Shown here piece after piece: positions 1-13,217 of a stretch of DNA of 64,000 nucleotides. Every line of letters starts with the position of its first letter. The stretch's first letter is position 1. The translations under genes were made by a program, and so were the position numbers. The notes beneath the pieces were generated by a model, which saw nothing but the letters and a program-made list of their open reading frames with translations, was not told the DNA's origin and searched no databases. The DNA is from Eledone cirrhosa (taxonomy: Eukaryota), in contig OZ024743.1 in assembly GCA_964016885.1 (NCBI GenBank), positions 229,524,001 through 229,588,000 on the forward strand, read 5' to 3'.

Positions 1-990
1 TTTAGTATTTTGGGGTATACTGTGGGTGGCATTTAGGTGTGTACTTTTCATTTGGTGTTTGTTGGTAATATTATGCTGTATGCTTTCAGTATTTTTAGTA
101 GAAGGTATATACTCTAATCTATTTTTGTGGCCACTTCTATCTAGAGCTTCATTATAAAAGGTCGCATTTTTATCAAATACATCTTGGTTAGAAGAAAGGT
201 TAGAAATTCTAAGTGATATATTATATGCAAGGTTTTTAAGGATAGATTTAGGGTGATTAGATTGTGAGTGTATGTAATGTAAGTTTTGGTTAGGTTTATG
301 GTAAGGTTGGTATATACCCGTAGCTAAATCTAAAGTTATATCTAGGAAATTTACTACTTTACTTGTTTTTTCAAAAGTAATATTAAGATTATAATAGTCT
401 TTAAGGAAAGTTCTAATATGCTTTTTGTTTTTTTCGATTTCTGAAAGGCTAAGGTTGTTAGAAAGAAGAAGACAGTCATCACGATATAAACCACCTTTGA
501 GGTGGGGAAAAGAGGCATTTATGTTGAAAAGGAGAAAGAGGCCCACAAGATCAGTAATTTGGGCAGAATCGCTTGAACCCATAGTAATATCAAAAAGATT
601 ACTATAAGTGTTTCTGGTCCAGTATTCATTCTGAAATTCAATAAGTGTTTGTCTAGCATGTGTAATAATGTTAATGTCATCCGAAGTTAAATTAGATCTA
701 TTTTTAGCAAATATTAATGCTTTGTTCAGGAGTATGGGTGATATAGAAGAATAATAATTATCTATATCAAACTGTAGGAAAGAAGCAGAAGATTTACACC
801 TAATATTTTTAAACCAATTAATTACCTGGGAGGTGTTTTCCCAGAGTGGTAAAATAACGTATTTTCTTATTTGTGGGATGACTCTATCTAAAATTTTTTT
901 GCTAATTATTCCAATATCTGATTTGGAGGGACATATAAGTCTAATAGAAGGATTAGAGTTAAAGTTAGATTTGTGATCTTTCAGGTTGAA
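1..990 (-). CDS. Penelope-like (Naiad-type) reverse transcriptase, 5'-truncated, open frame running off the left edge
   Basis: Manual translation of - strand: FNLKDHK..PSIRLICPSKSDIG..FLQFDIDNYYSSI..FDITMGSSDSAQITDLVGL..GGLYRDDC..VVNFLDIT. Probably absent from the ORF track because no stop lies inside the window. Confidence 0.85.
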
Positions 991-992
991 GT

Positions 993-2294
993 GTGGACTT
1001 CTCAAAAGCAAGTAAAGTAGTAAATTTCCTAGATATAACTTTAGATTTAGCTACGGGTATATACCAACCTTACCATAAACCTAACCAAAACTTACATTAC
1101 ATACACTCACAATCTAATCACCCTAAATCTATCCTTAAAAACCTTGCATATAATATATCACTTAGAATTTCTAACCTTTCTTCTAACCAAGATGTATTTG
1201 ATAAAAATGCGACCTTTTATAATGAAGCTCTAGATAGAAGTGGCCACAAAAATAGATTAGAGTATATACCTTCTACTAAAAATACTGAAAGCATACAGCA
1301 TAATATTACCAACAAACACCAAATGAAAAGTACACACCTAAATGCCACCCACAGTATACCCCAAAATACTAAATCTTCTAATATAAAGTATAGTAACCCT
1401 CAAAAAACTACTCATCATAAGACTATAATAAATATTAATAATAAAACTCCTAATAAAAAAGATAAAACATCTAAATCTACAAATATAACTAAAAATAGTT
1501 GTGGTGAGATCATTAACATTATTCCTCCTAGTAAAAATCATGATACAACATATAAAAATAATAAAAATAATAAACAACATAGAAACCGTAATAGACGAGT
1601 TACTTGGTATAATGCTCCTTTTAATTTACAAGTTAAGGATAATATTGCTAAAAAATTTTTTTATATCCTTGAGAAAAACTTCCCGCCAAACCACAAATAC
1701 CATCAAATCTTAAATAGGTCTACAGTTAAATTCTCATATTCTACAACAAATAACATAAAACAAAATATAAGTGCATATAATGCATATAAATGTAAGAAAA
1801 CTATAAGTATACCACCAGTACATCAAATTAACAATAATATCTCCTCAAATACAGAATTAACGAAAGGATGTAACTGTAGAAACAAAACAAACTGCCCATT
1901 AAAAGGGAATTGTCTTGTTAACAACATAGTCTATAAATGTAATGTTAAAACTAAAGATTCTATTTGCTCATATATAGGAGCTACCTCTAACAATTTTAAG
2001 ACAAGGTATAATACCCACAAACATAGCTTTAAAAATGCCGCACTGGCTAATACAACATCTCTAGCAGAAAAAATCAATAGTTATAAAAATAAAAATATAA
2101 AATATGATTTGACCTGGGGTGTGCTCAAAAGAGCCACCCCTTATCAAAATAATAGAAAGGAATGTAGATTATGTTCCCAAGAACTATTTGAAATAATGAA
2201 GTCTAGGGATATCTTATTAAATAAAAGACAGGAATTAATTATATCGTGTAATCATAAACTAAAAAAAACATTTAAATATTATAAACCTAATTAA
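993..2294 (+). CDS. Penelope-like (Naiad-type) RT C-terminus/thumb plus GIY-YIG endonuclease, 5'-truncated inverted copy
   Basis: VNFLDITLDL..YHKPN..YIHSQSNHP (PLE thumb), VTWYNAPF, CNCRNKTNCPLKGNC, NIVYKCNV..YIGATSNNFKTRYNTH, CRLC..E..LLNKRQEL..CNH. Confidence 0.9.
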   Translation: MDFSKASKVVNFLDITLDLATGIYQPYHKPNQNLHYIHSQSNHPKSILKNLAYNISLRISNLSSNQDVFDKNATFYNEALDRSGHKNRLEYIPSTKNTESIQHNITNKHQMKSTHLNATHSIPQNTKSSNIKYSNPQKTTHHKTIININNKTPNKKDKTSKSTNITKNSCGEIINIIPPSKNHDTTYKNNKNNKQHRNRNRRVTWYNAPFNLQVKDNIAKKFFYILEKNFPPNHKYHQILNRSTVKFSYSTTNNIKQNISAYNAYKCKKTISIPPVHQINNNISSNTELTKGCNCRNKTNCPLKGNCLVNNIVYKCNVKTKDSICSYIGATSNNFKTRYNTHKHSFKNAALANTTSLAEKINSYKNKNIKYDLTWGVLKRATPYQNNRKECRLCSQELFEIMKSRDILLNKRQELIISCNHKLKKTFKYYKPN

Positions 2295-2807
2295 TGACAT
2301 TATTCTAGAATTTAATTTAATTTAAATGTTAGTTAACCTATAAATTTAATTTAATTAATATTTTATTACAGATGAGAAAATATTATGTAATCATTAATTT
2401 TGAAAAACCTTTAAATATTACTAATATATATTCAGTAATTTAATTTATAGATTAATTTTAACTTATTTTAACCTTTTATTATAATTTTTTAATTTAGTTT
2501 AACCTTTTATTATAATTTTTTTTATTATAATTCTTTTACAGATAAAATATAACAAAATAATATCATGTATCCTATGACGGAGATAGAATTTTTAGTATTA
2601 TTGACCTAATTAATATACATTTTGGAAATATATTTATTATTTGGTTTTAGCTTTAATCAACCTAAAACTTTAATTTTAATTTTAATTTGCTTAAAATTAG
2701 TATCCTTGTACAGACGAATTGCAGAATGTCATGTAATCATAGAATGGGAGGTGTTTTTGGATATATACCTAGTTAATATATTCTGTGCAAATTTTTTGAA
2801 AAAGATA

Positions 2808-4133
2808 TGTATATCTATATGTATATGTATATGTGTGTGTTGTATGTGTATCTGTATGTATATTTATGTGACTATATATGTATGTATGTGTATATATATG
2901 TATATATATATATATATATGTGTATGTATATGTATATGTATGTGTATGTGTATGTATATGTATATGTATACGTATTAGTTTTGATTTTTATTTGCATATA
3001 ATTATATTATGCTATTGATGAAATAAAATATCTGCTTTATGTATTGTATACCTAATTAACATATACTAATTAACATATACTATTGAAATAAATATATAAT
3101 TTTTAACTTAGTTAACATATAATTTATATGCTACTACCGATGTAATACTTTATTTTATTTTTATTTGGGTTTCTTTTCCCTATTACTAAATTCATCTCCT
3201 AATATTGATACCATAATGTTATTAACTTTAATTTAGTTATAATGTAATTAATAATCTACTACTGTTTGACTTCATAATTCTGCTTCAAATATTATAAACC
3301 TAACTAATTTACACCTTGGAAATCAATATGTTGACTATCTTTGGTTTAGTTGACATATGATTAATGGTATACTTTTTTATTTTGTGATGCATAGATTTCG
3401 TATTTCCTAGCACTGTAAATATGTAGGAACATACATTGAATTAAGATATGGAAAATATTATATGTTTCTTGAAACTTATATTTACTTTGATCCCCTTCTC
3501 CAAACCCCCCCCTTTCCCCCATACTATTATCATCTGTTTTTGTAAGTGTATATGTATGAATATATGTGTAGATGGGTGTCTATATAGTTTTTTTGGTATT
3601 TATTTCTAAATATAAAAATACATATATGAGCATGTAAATATGAATGTAAGATTGAGTGTGTATATATGATTGTACATACATATGTATGTATATATATGTA
3701 TATATATGTATTATATATGTACGTGTATGTGAATGTGTGGTATGTATATGTGTATGTATATGTATATATGTGTGTGTATGTGTATGCTTGTATATAGGAA
3801 TATATATGTGTGTATATATGTATATATATGTATATGCGTGTTTGTATGTATGTGTATATGGGTTCTGTATATATTTGTATGTCTCTCTATTTATATGTTT
3901 ATCTTCGTATCTATGTGATATATGTGTGTGTGTGTGCATGTATGCATATGTATGTGTTTGTGTGTGTTTGTATGTGTGTGTGTATATATATATATGTATT
4001 TGCGCACACTCACATACACATATATATATATATATATATATATGTGAGTGTGTATGTGTGTCTGTATGTGTGTGCGTGTGTGTATATGTGTATATATATA
4101 TATATGTGTATGTATGTGTATGTGTGTGTATAT

Positions 4134-4169
<36 letters not shown>

Positions 4170-4308
4170 ATATAGGTGTCTATGTGTGAATATATATCTT
4201 TATTCGTATGTGTGTATTTATATATGTTTATATTTAGGTGTATGTATGTATGTGTATGTATGTATGTATATGTATGTATATGTATGTATATGTGTATATG
4301 TGTGTATA

Positions 4309-4339
<31 letters not shown>

Positions 4340-4706
4340 TATTCTTTATTATTATTGTAATATAACTTATGTGTATATGTGTATAAGTGAGGTTGTGTAT
4401 GTATATATACTATGTGTATATATAAGAGTAATGAAATATATATATATATATATATATATATGTGCATGTCTGTATTTTATGTGTGTGTGTATAAATATAT
4501 GTGTATGTGTGTATATGTGTATGTATATATACATATATGTGTACGTGTGTGTATGTTGATATATATATGTATGTGTATATATATATATATATACATCTGC
4601 ATGTTTGTATGTGTTTTTATGGTGGTATGAGTGTGGGATATATATGTTTGTGTATAAGTGTATGTATGTGTATGTATATATATATGAGTCTATGTGTGTG
4701 TGTATA

Positions 4707-4757
<51 letters not shown>

Positions 4758-4950
4758 ATGTGTGTATGTCTTGCGCGTGTGTGTGTCCGTATTTATATCT
4801 TCTTATATGTGTATGTGTATGTTCGTGTAAATGTATGCGTGTGGATGAAAGTATAGGTATGTGTGTATGTATGTATGTGTAGATATCTCTATGTGCGCGT
4901 ACATGTATGTATGTGTATGTATATCTGTATGCGTATGTACATTATATTAT
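2808..4950. repeat. Degenerate (TATG/TA/TG)n microsatellite blocks (2808-2972, 3640-4950)
   Basis: Directly visible. Source of the spurious Y/I/C/V/M ORFs. Confidence 0.95.
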
Positions 4951-5530
4951 ATGTATTATATTTTATTGTTTTTATTTTTTTATTTTTCATAATTTATAGA
5001 TACATTTATATTAGGCTGTCTGGTCTGACAATCTAATATTGACCCCTCCCCCCCCCTCCCACCTAATTTCTGTATCTTGATCTTGAAATGTGTGTACCAG
5101 TGTGTTTATGTGAGTGACTTAATTTCTATTTGCTTATGATTTTATATCCACATATATAAATGTGAGTGGGGGAGTGTGTGTGTTTGTGTGTTCGTGGTTA
5201 TGTGTATATTTATATATATACGCACATGTATGTGTGATTATACTGATATGTGTGAGTATGAAAAAAATATATTTATATGCTTGACTCCATAAGTATCATT
5301 GCGTATCTTATCAGCGCATTAAGCTTACAGAGATATTAACCTTGAAATTTTTTATTTGCATCCATCTTTTTGGTATGCACATACAAATTATACACACATT
5401 ATTGTAAAATGTGTGTGGGGTTTTACATGTATATACACACACCAAACTGCTTTTTAACCCTTTGTGTTTTCATTGGTCAATTTTGAACTGATATTTTGAA
5501 TTGTTATTATTATCAATAAATATACTTCAT

Positions 5531-5675
5531 TATTTCTGAAGACGGCGTATATATGAGTTAGGTATGTATATTTAATCTTGATAATTTGTATAATTTTGTA
5601 TAATTTTGTACATAGATCTGTTAAATATGCATACCAATTATAACACATATATACCCTAGAAACGATCGTTAAATA
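5531..5675 (+). ncRNA. Type I hammerhead ribozyme with extended stem II
   Basis: TATTT-CTGAAGA...GAAA-CGATCG-TT-AAATA. Stem I TATTT/AAATA, stem III ACG-AT-CGT, stem II includes GGTATGTATATTTAA/TTAAATATGCATACC. Confidence 0.7.
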
Positions 5676-5865
5676 GTGAACTTTTTTTGTTTAATATAAG
5701 GAATTGTTTGTTCATTATTTGTTTAATATTTTATCTTGACTCTGTATACGGTTTATCTTTCACCGAAATTGGATTTTCATTACATCTCTTCTTTCCATGA
5801 TATCCGGAATACATTGAGTTCTTCATACGGATTGGACACTACCGTAAACTCTTGGTAGATTTATC

Positions 5866-5924
<59 letters not shown>

Positions 5925-5925
5925 T

Positions 5926-6165
5926 CTAGGGCGGGTAAAATTCCCGAGATCCATGGACGAGTTCTCTCCAGCGGTCTCTGTCCCTTATTATCGCTGCCAT
6001 GTCCTGTGTCTCCAACAGACCAGTGTCTGTCCTCAGGGCATCAACATACGTTAACCTTGGTCTTCCTCTTCCAGCGTATTCATGTAGGGGCTCCCACAGA
6101 GCACTGAGTGCAATGTCAACTCTGGATGTCGGTGAGCATGTCCAGCTAACCTCAGTCTCCTCTGT
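5926..6165 (-). mobile_element. RTE-type LINE 3' fragment
   Basis: LWEPLHEYAGRGRPRLTYVDALRTDTGL..RDRDRWREL, stop codon followed within a few bases by (TA)n. Same family as 59318-59579. Confidence 0.8.
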
Positions 6166-6810
6166 ATACATATTTATATATACACATATATATGTATCAT
6201 AAAGTTCTGATTGTAATGTAATGAATACATCAATTATATACACAGATAATGTAGCTTGAGAACATTTTTACTTATTGTATTTTTTCATTCTATTCTTGTA
6301 GGAACATGTGTTAGTAGAATAACATGACTTTATTTCTCATCTTTGTTATTGTTGTATTATAATGAACACACCCACATATATACACATTAATTCTATATAT
6401 CTATGAATATATAAATGGACAGAGACATACCTATATATATATATACATATATATATATATAATCAAGGTTTAGCAAATAAGAAAAAGTTTTACAATAAAT
6501 TTTAAAAAGTTCACTGTACCTGCTGTATTTACCCTTACCCTACGGTTTCAAGTCTCAAAATAAATGGATAATCCATGCGGAAATCCATTGAAAAGAAAGA
6601 CATTCGTCAGAGGGTTCTTTTCGCTCGGAGATTCCCGAGTTCAAATCACGAACTGGGGCCATACAAAACTGTTCCCGAGTTGAGAGTGTATGATAAAGAA
6701 ACAATTCTGTCTAGTGCCGTGTGTAAAGATAGAAGGCAGTGGCGGAAAGGTCAATGTACTGCCACTAGAAATAGCAGCAGTTAAAACGACCAAAATGTTA
6801 TCTCGATCAC

Positions 6811-6867
<57 letters not shown>

Positions 6868-6875
6868 AATACATA

Positions 6876-7075
6876 TAGGAATGAGTAGGACCCCGACGGC
6901 TGAGCTCAAGCCGTTTCGACGGCTAATTCTGGATTTAGTCCAGAATTAGCCGTCGAAACGGCTTGAGGTCAGCCGTAGGAGTCCTACTCGTTCCTATTAC
7001 CCACTCTAGTACCCTAAGTATTGAGTACTTTGGTGCGTTATGGTCCACCTGGTTCCTTACCACATTTCCTTCATT
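6876..7075. mobile_element. Fold-back short element family X, copy 1 (probable PLE terminal-repeat remnant)
   Basis: ~120-bp palindrome centred on CTGGA-TTTAG-TCCAG plus a unique tail. Homologous copies at 11213, 49792, 51711 and 53230. Flanked by TA-rich repeats. Confidence 0.8.
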
Positions 7076-7116
7076 ATACAAATACATATATATATAGGCA
7101 TGTATATATATATATA

Positions 7117-7216
7117 TCACCTTCATCACCTTGACTGACCAGTCTGTCACTGGTCACACCACGTCGTGCTGTTTTAGCCATAAGATAACGCCATCCCACT
7201 GGCTGGGTGGGCAGGC

Positions 7217-7218
<2 letters not shown>
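7117..7218. repeat. Short ~100-bp interspersed element between (TA)n tracts (second copy 42038-42153)
   Basis: Shared TCACCTT.ATCACCTTGAC...GCTGTTTTAGCCATA.GAT.ACGCCATCCCACTGGCT...GCAGGCCGAT. Confidence 0.75.
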
Positions 7219-7251
<33 letters not shown>

Positions 7252-7572
7252 CACACAGACATATATGTATATGTGTGTGTGTGTGTGTGTGTGTCTGCCT
7301 GTGTTTGTGTACTTCAATCTCTCAGTCAATCTCAGTCTATCCTTCAAAATGTTTATCTCCATTTCTATTAACTCACCGCCACTATCTCTCTTAATATACG
7401 TAAACTTCGGTATTTCTCATTATATCTTCAGGTGACTGTATTATCATGTTTTGTATATTTCTCGTCCTCGTTCGTTCTTTCTATCTATCTTTCTCTTACG
7501 TTACATGTCCTGTAACTCTTTTAATTTCAACTAGCGCTTCTCTCACTCTTTCTTTCGCTTCATATATATATA

Positions 7573-7650
<78 letters not shown>

Positions 7651-7711
7651 TATATATATGCATATATATATATATGAAGCGAAAGAAATACACACACACT
7701 TATATATATAT

Positions 7712-7781
<70 letters not shown>

Positions 7782-7789
7782 ATACATAT

Positions 7790-7854
<65 letters not shown>

Positions 7855-8096
7855 TAGTTTTGCGAGGTTTTTGATATGATATCGTGTGTCGAAACAAATA
7901 TTGTTATACTTGGGGAGGGTCATATTTGTGTAATATTGTTGCCAGAATTAATAACAGAACACACTCACTGTTTGGTTGGTTTTCGCTTCTGTGTCTTTTA
8001 TATCGGTTAATTTAATTTATTCGGTCCTCAATGTTGCCATTGACTGACCAACGGTCAAAAATACAGATACAATATAGACACAAACACATATAGTCT

Positions 8097-8138
8097 ATCA
8101 AAGTTCTTTCGTTGCACATCTGCAACATCGTCAGTGGT
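8097..8138 (-). ncRNA. Minimal hammerhead ribozyme motif (inverted copy on + at 9016-9057)
   Basis: ACCA-CTGACGA-T-GTTGC-agatgt-GCAAC-GAAA-GAAC-TT-TGAT. Stem I has one mismatch. Confidence 0.6.
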
Positions 8139-8399
8139 GCTATTATGTTTCCTCCCGTTTCATTGTATGCTTACGCCATCTTTATTTAGTCTGTTTATTT
8201 ATTTATTTATTTGTTTATTGTGTGTGTGTCTTCTCTGCGCATGTGTTTGCGTGTGTGTATAGTGTTTTGTTTGAGGTGTGTTCTTGTTCGGGTGACTGTG
8301 TATTGGTTAATGTATTCTATCTTAGTGTGTTTATATATGTTTGTTGTTATTGTGCTTGTGTATGTATTTATTTATTTATTTATTTAATTATTTATTTAT

Positions 8400-8880
8400 T
8401 TATACTTCTCTTAGGTCAGTGTTGTTTGTTTGGGTGTTGTTATTCCATTCATTTTTTCTGTTTAGCCTTGGCCTTCTAAGTTCTATTTCGCTGGCCTCTC
8501 TGATTTGCCTATCTGCTGGGTCATTTCTATGTTTAGATATTATTCTAACTTCTATGTTGTCTATGTTACCGTTGTGTTGTTGTCTGGCATGTTCGTATAG
8601 TACTGAACCGTTTTTTCGTCCTTTTAGTTCCCCACAGTGTTGGTCTATCCTTTCAATTATGCTACGAGCTGTTTCGCCTATGTATGTTGTTGTCATGTTT
8701 TTGCAAGTACCCTCTGTACATCTTATGCTATAGAGTACGTTTCTAGTTTTACAGTTTATCCGGTGGTTTACTCTACATATGATACATTTCCTATTAGTAT
8801 AGTGGGTTTTCTTAAAAGGGTAGGTTTTGCTGATCAGGGATTTTATGGTGGTTCCTGGCTTTTCTACCACCTTAATCTTT
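8400..8880 (-). pseudogene. PLE GIY-YIG endonuclease fragment
   Basis: KVVEKPG..CIIC..NCKTRNVLYSIRC..C..YIGETARSIIERIDQH..SVLYEHARQQH..RQIREA..LNRKNEW. The upstream part of the listed ORF is inverted UTR. Confidence 0.88.
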
Positions 8881-9251
8881 AAAACACTATACACACACGC
8901 AAACGCATGCGCAGAGAAGACACAAAACAAAAAACAAAAACAAATAAATAAATAAATAAACAGACTAAATAAAGATGGCGTAATCATACAATGCAACGGG
9001 AGGAAACATAATAGCACCACTGACGATGTTGCCGATGTGCAACGAAAAAACTATGATAGACTATATATATATATGTGTTTGTATTTATATTGTATCTGTA
9101 TTTTTGACCGTTGGTCAGTCAATGGCAACATTGAGGACCGAATAAATTAAATTAACCGATATAAAAGACACAGAAGCAAAAAGCAACCAACCGTGAGTGT
9201 GTTGTGTTATTAATTCTGGCAATATTATTACACAAATATGACCCTCCCCAA

Positions 9252-9348
<97 letters not shown>

Positions 9349-9689
9349 CATATATATATATAAATATATATATGTATGCATATGTATATGTATGTGTGTA
9401 TATGCCATATATATATATGCGTGTGTGTGACGATTTCATCACCGATTGAAAACAAAATTTGTCCTATAATAGTCACCTCTAAAAAAATAAAAATAATATA
9501 TAATGTATTTGGTTTCTAGCCACATGCGTCAGTGTATGACTATGTATGTGTGTATGTGTGTGTATCTATGTGTCCATCTCAATATAACTATCTCTTTATC
9601 AATATATCTATTTATTATGAATTTTTCTGTCCGTCTTCAACAATTTTCATTCTTTCAACTATTGTTTCTTCTACAGTTTTTAACACATT

Positions 9690-9942
9690 ACCTTTCTTTC
9701 TGCTTCCTTTCAGCTTTCCTTTCATTTTCTTTTTTCTTCGGTTTTTCATTATATTTATCTTCCTTTCATTTCTTTCTTTCTTCATTCTTTCTTTCTTGTC
9801 TTTTTTTCTTTCTTTCGTTCTTGTCTTCCTTTTCCTTTCTTCATCTTTTTCCTTTTTTTTTTTGCTTCTTTTTTCATTCTTTCTTTTCTATCTCATTTTC
9901 TTTCTACTCCATCTCTTTATCATTTTTCTTTATTTCCTTCCT

Positions 9943-9974
<32 letters not shown>

Positions 9975-10110
9975 TATTTCTTTTTCTTTTTTTCTTTCTT
10001 TCTTCCTTTCTTTCTTTTTCCTTTCTTTCAATTCCATCTCTTTCTTTCTTTCTGCATCCTGCCCGCACGTCATTTTTTTTCCTTTCCTTCTCACCTCGTT
10101 TTCATTTCTC
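9690..10110. repeat. Polypyrimidine (CTTT)n-like low-complexity tract
   Basis: Directly visible. Explains the F/S/L-rich ORFs. Confidence 0.9.
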
Positions 10111-10442
10111 AGTCCCTTCTTCCTACCACGGCCGCCTTCTCAGAGTCTGTTCATACCTCATCCTTCTTCTCCTCCTCTTCCCCCACAAATCCCACCACAT
10201 TCTTTCGTTACATTTCACGTCCTCCACAATTCTAATATCTTAAATATCACTCATAGGTGGTTTGGCATTCGAGAAATGATTTCTTATTCGTCACAACATT
10301 TATTTATTTACAAGTAATTTCTTTTCTCTCACTGTTTACATTCAATTTAATTCGGATAATTACAGGCACGCACATATAAATAATCTAACACCCATACACG
10401 TACACAAATTTCATTCTATCTCCCCCCTCTCTCCCCCCCTCT

Positions 10443-10496
<54 letters not shown>

Positions 10497-11212
10497 ATAC
10501 ATTAACAGAGAAAGCTTTAAGCAATACTCCGACCGGCTTCCGTCTCACTCAACAAACATTAGGATATACCTTAGTATAATCCCAATTATACGTTTGGGGT
10601 GCTAACTATACGTATTTTGCGGATAGCCAGTTGTATTATTTTATATGAGACATCATTAAAATACATCTCTCCTTCCAAACGATCGTTTCATTATAAGTTT
10701 TCTACAAATTGGGAAAATAATGTCCAGGTTACGTTGAAGCCTACACATAGTCCATAGGAATATATGTAGGTGGGCACTTATAAATCATAAGTGGATGCCC
10801 GACAAATATCGATATAAAAAAGACCTTACCTATATCAATTTTCAGCAATGGTACCCTTCCGTGCTAGAATGACCGCCAAATTTGAAATTCCAGCAGTCTC
10901 ACAATGATAAATCTCACACTGCCATCAAGCGGAAAGAGGAGGTCATCGCAAAACATAAAAGAATAAAATAATATGCATGCGGGTCAATTAATTCTTTCAA
11001 TAATTTTAACCCTGCGTGAAGAACTCAATTGGATATAAAAAAAATAAATATATGCATGTATTATTTATACACGCATATAGGTATTTTCTTAGGCTAAAAA
11101 CAGAGACAAGATACCGGAAGAACAATCAATATTTCATACAAAGAATAAATATGGAAAGTCATACCTAAAAAGTATCTGGAAATATTCATCCCTGGCCAAA
11201 TATATATATATA

Positions 11213-11356
11213 TAACGAAAGAAATGTGGTAAGGAACAAGTAGGACCCCGACGGCTGAGCTCAAGCCGTTTCAACGGCTAATTCTGGACTAAATTTAGTC
11301 CAGAATTAGCCGTCGAAAGGCTTGAGCTCAGCCGTCGGGGTCCTACTAGTTCCTAT
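11213..11356. mobile_element. Fold-back family X, copy 2
   Basis: Palindrome centred on CTGGACTA-AATT-TAGTCCAG, (TA)n both sides. Confidence 0.8.
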
Positions 11357-11421
11357 ATATATATATATATTTATTATAAAGAAAACGAAAAATCAGTGAT
11401 GCATCTGGACTTAGTTTATTT

Positions 11422-11512
11422 CGTGTTACAAATGTTTCGCCGGCATGTAGCTCGAATCATTGTCCTTGTATGGATCTGGCTGATTCTACTTCGGCGGGTT
11501 CTTTCAGACACG
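11422..11512 (-). ncRNA. Hammerhead-like motif with long stem II (variant core CUGAAAGA)
   Basis: CGTGT-CTGAAAGA-acc-GCCG..GTAG/GAATCA..TGATTC..CTAC..CGGC-GAAA-CATTTG-TA-ACACG. All three stems pair. Confidence 0.55.
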
Positions 11513-12070
11513 CGTGTTATGTCGGGAGCAAATTTTATCACTGGGGTGTTATCATCAAAACAACACCCTCAAAAAACCCTCTTTCCACTCTTGTCATGCC
11601 ATTGGCTGTTTTTACACCACGTCTTCACAAGTTCTGGTCAGTATCTGCTGCCACACGGTTCATCAACCATTTTCTGTCCGACACATTTCAATGGAGTCAT
11701 GCTGGGTTCAGTACTTCACACGTCTGCTCACACTTCAGAGAGTAAGCACCCACACATACTAGAATACACACATAAAACACACACACAGATTCAGACACAT
11801 ACCCAACTATGCATTTACACTTGTACGCCTACATGCGCAGACACACACCCACCCACATACATACAGCGCAGTATATATACTCACACACGCTCTCTCCCTC
11901 ACTTTCATGGACCCAGTCACAGCCACTTGTTGATACATACCGCCACGAGCCTTCTGACTGTTGTTTACTTCGTGTTCTGTATCAATTAGGATAAGCATAT
12001 CCTATTCAAACGTACTCATATAAATATACATACGCGCGCACACACACATACGGCCAACCTTCTATACATT

Positions 12071-12128
<58 letters not shown>

Positions 12129-12199
12129 CATACACACACATATATACATACACACATACATACACATACATACATATATACACACATGTGTATACACAC

Positions 12200-12231
<32 letters not shown>

Positions 12232-12673
12232 ATACATACACACACATATATACACAAATGTATACTCACACATATCCACACATACATACGCACACATACG
12301 TACATAAACATTACCTACACACGTACATACACACACATATATATATATATATATATTTTTATATATGTATATATATATACATATATACACACAAAAGAAA
12401 AAGAGACAACTTAACAAGCATACGCACATCCACACATATACATACAAATACCCACGCATAGGTCGATATACATACATCTACACATGCATACGCATACATG
12501 TTGGCACATGCATACACCTGCACGCATGCACATCTGCCTACACACACAAAAGTGCCACCACATATACATATATAAACACACCTGTAAGTGAACACTTAAA
12601 AATACATTATGCACTAAAAACAGTATAATAACATAAAAAAATATACAATGTAATATATATAATATACAATATG

Positions 12674-12704
<31 letters not shown>

Positions 12705-12769
12705 CCTATTATACATATATACACACACACATATATATATATTTATATATATATATATATATATTTATA

Positions 12770-12960
12770 TACGTTATTCCGGGTTGAATCGGAGGTAACC
12801 ACAGTAAGTAAGGTACTCAATACATACCAGAGTATAAAAGTTTTAATATAGATGAGATTCTACAGGACTAGAACTGTTTCATACTTTAGAAATCATTTCT
12901 AAATCATTTCTAAAGAATGAAACAGTTCTAGTCCTGTAGAATCTCATCTATATTAAAACT
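12770..12960. mobile_element. Fold-back short element (probable PLE terminal-repeat remnant)
   Basis: Inverted arms ~12839-12895 and ~12906-12960. Shares GTACTCAATAC with family X. (TA)n flanks. Confidence 0.7.
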
Positions 12961-12981
12961 ATATATTTATATATATATATT

Positions 12982-13034
<53 letters not shown>

Positions 13035-13127
13035 ATATTATATATATAGTTGAAAATGAACAAACAAAAAACAGGAGGCAATTGTACCCAGTTATATGAA
13101 GTTCATGCTTGGTGGATGTGGAGGTGG

Positions 13128-13217
<90 letters not shown>

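Larger units (their letters stand above)
1004..5870 (+). mobile_element. Naiad-like PLE arm: ORF end plus long microsatellite-rich 3' region ending in a hammerhead-bearing terminal repeat
   Basis: 1004-1373 is the reverse complement of 1-370. A sense-strand hammerhead lies at 5531-5675. The terminal segment is homologous to 51990-52320 and ends at (TA)n. Linkage of ORF and terminus is inferred. Confidence 0.55.
7857..9253 (-). mobile_element. Neptune-like PLE 3' end with inverted pseudo-LTR
   Basis: Arms ~7907-8265 and ~8881-9253 are inverted copies enclosing a GIY-YIG fragment. One hammerhead motif in each arm. (TA)n on both sides. Confidence 0.85.

Noticed and set aside
993-5870. Selenoprotein coding, reported for some Naiad elements
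   Set aside because: No in-frame TGA in the visible frames and no SECIS that I can support.
10520-10960. Unique-looking sequence as possible exons
   Set aside because: Only short frames with no recognisable homology or clear splice pair.
11396-11989. 197-aa ORF as a host gene
   Set aside because: No recognisable domain, includes CA-rich low complexity, and overlaps a hammerhead-bearing region on the opposite strand.
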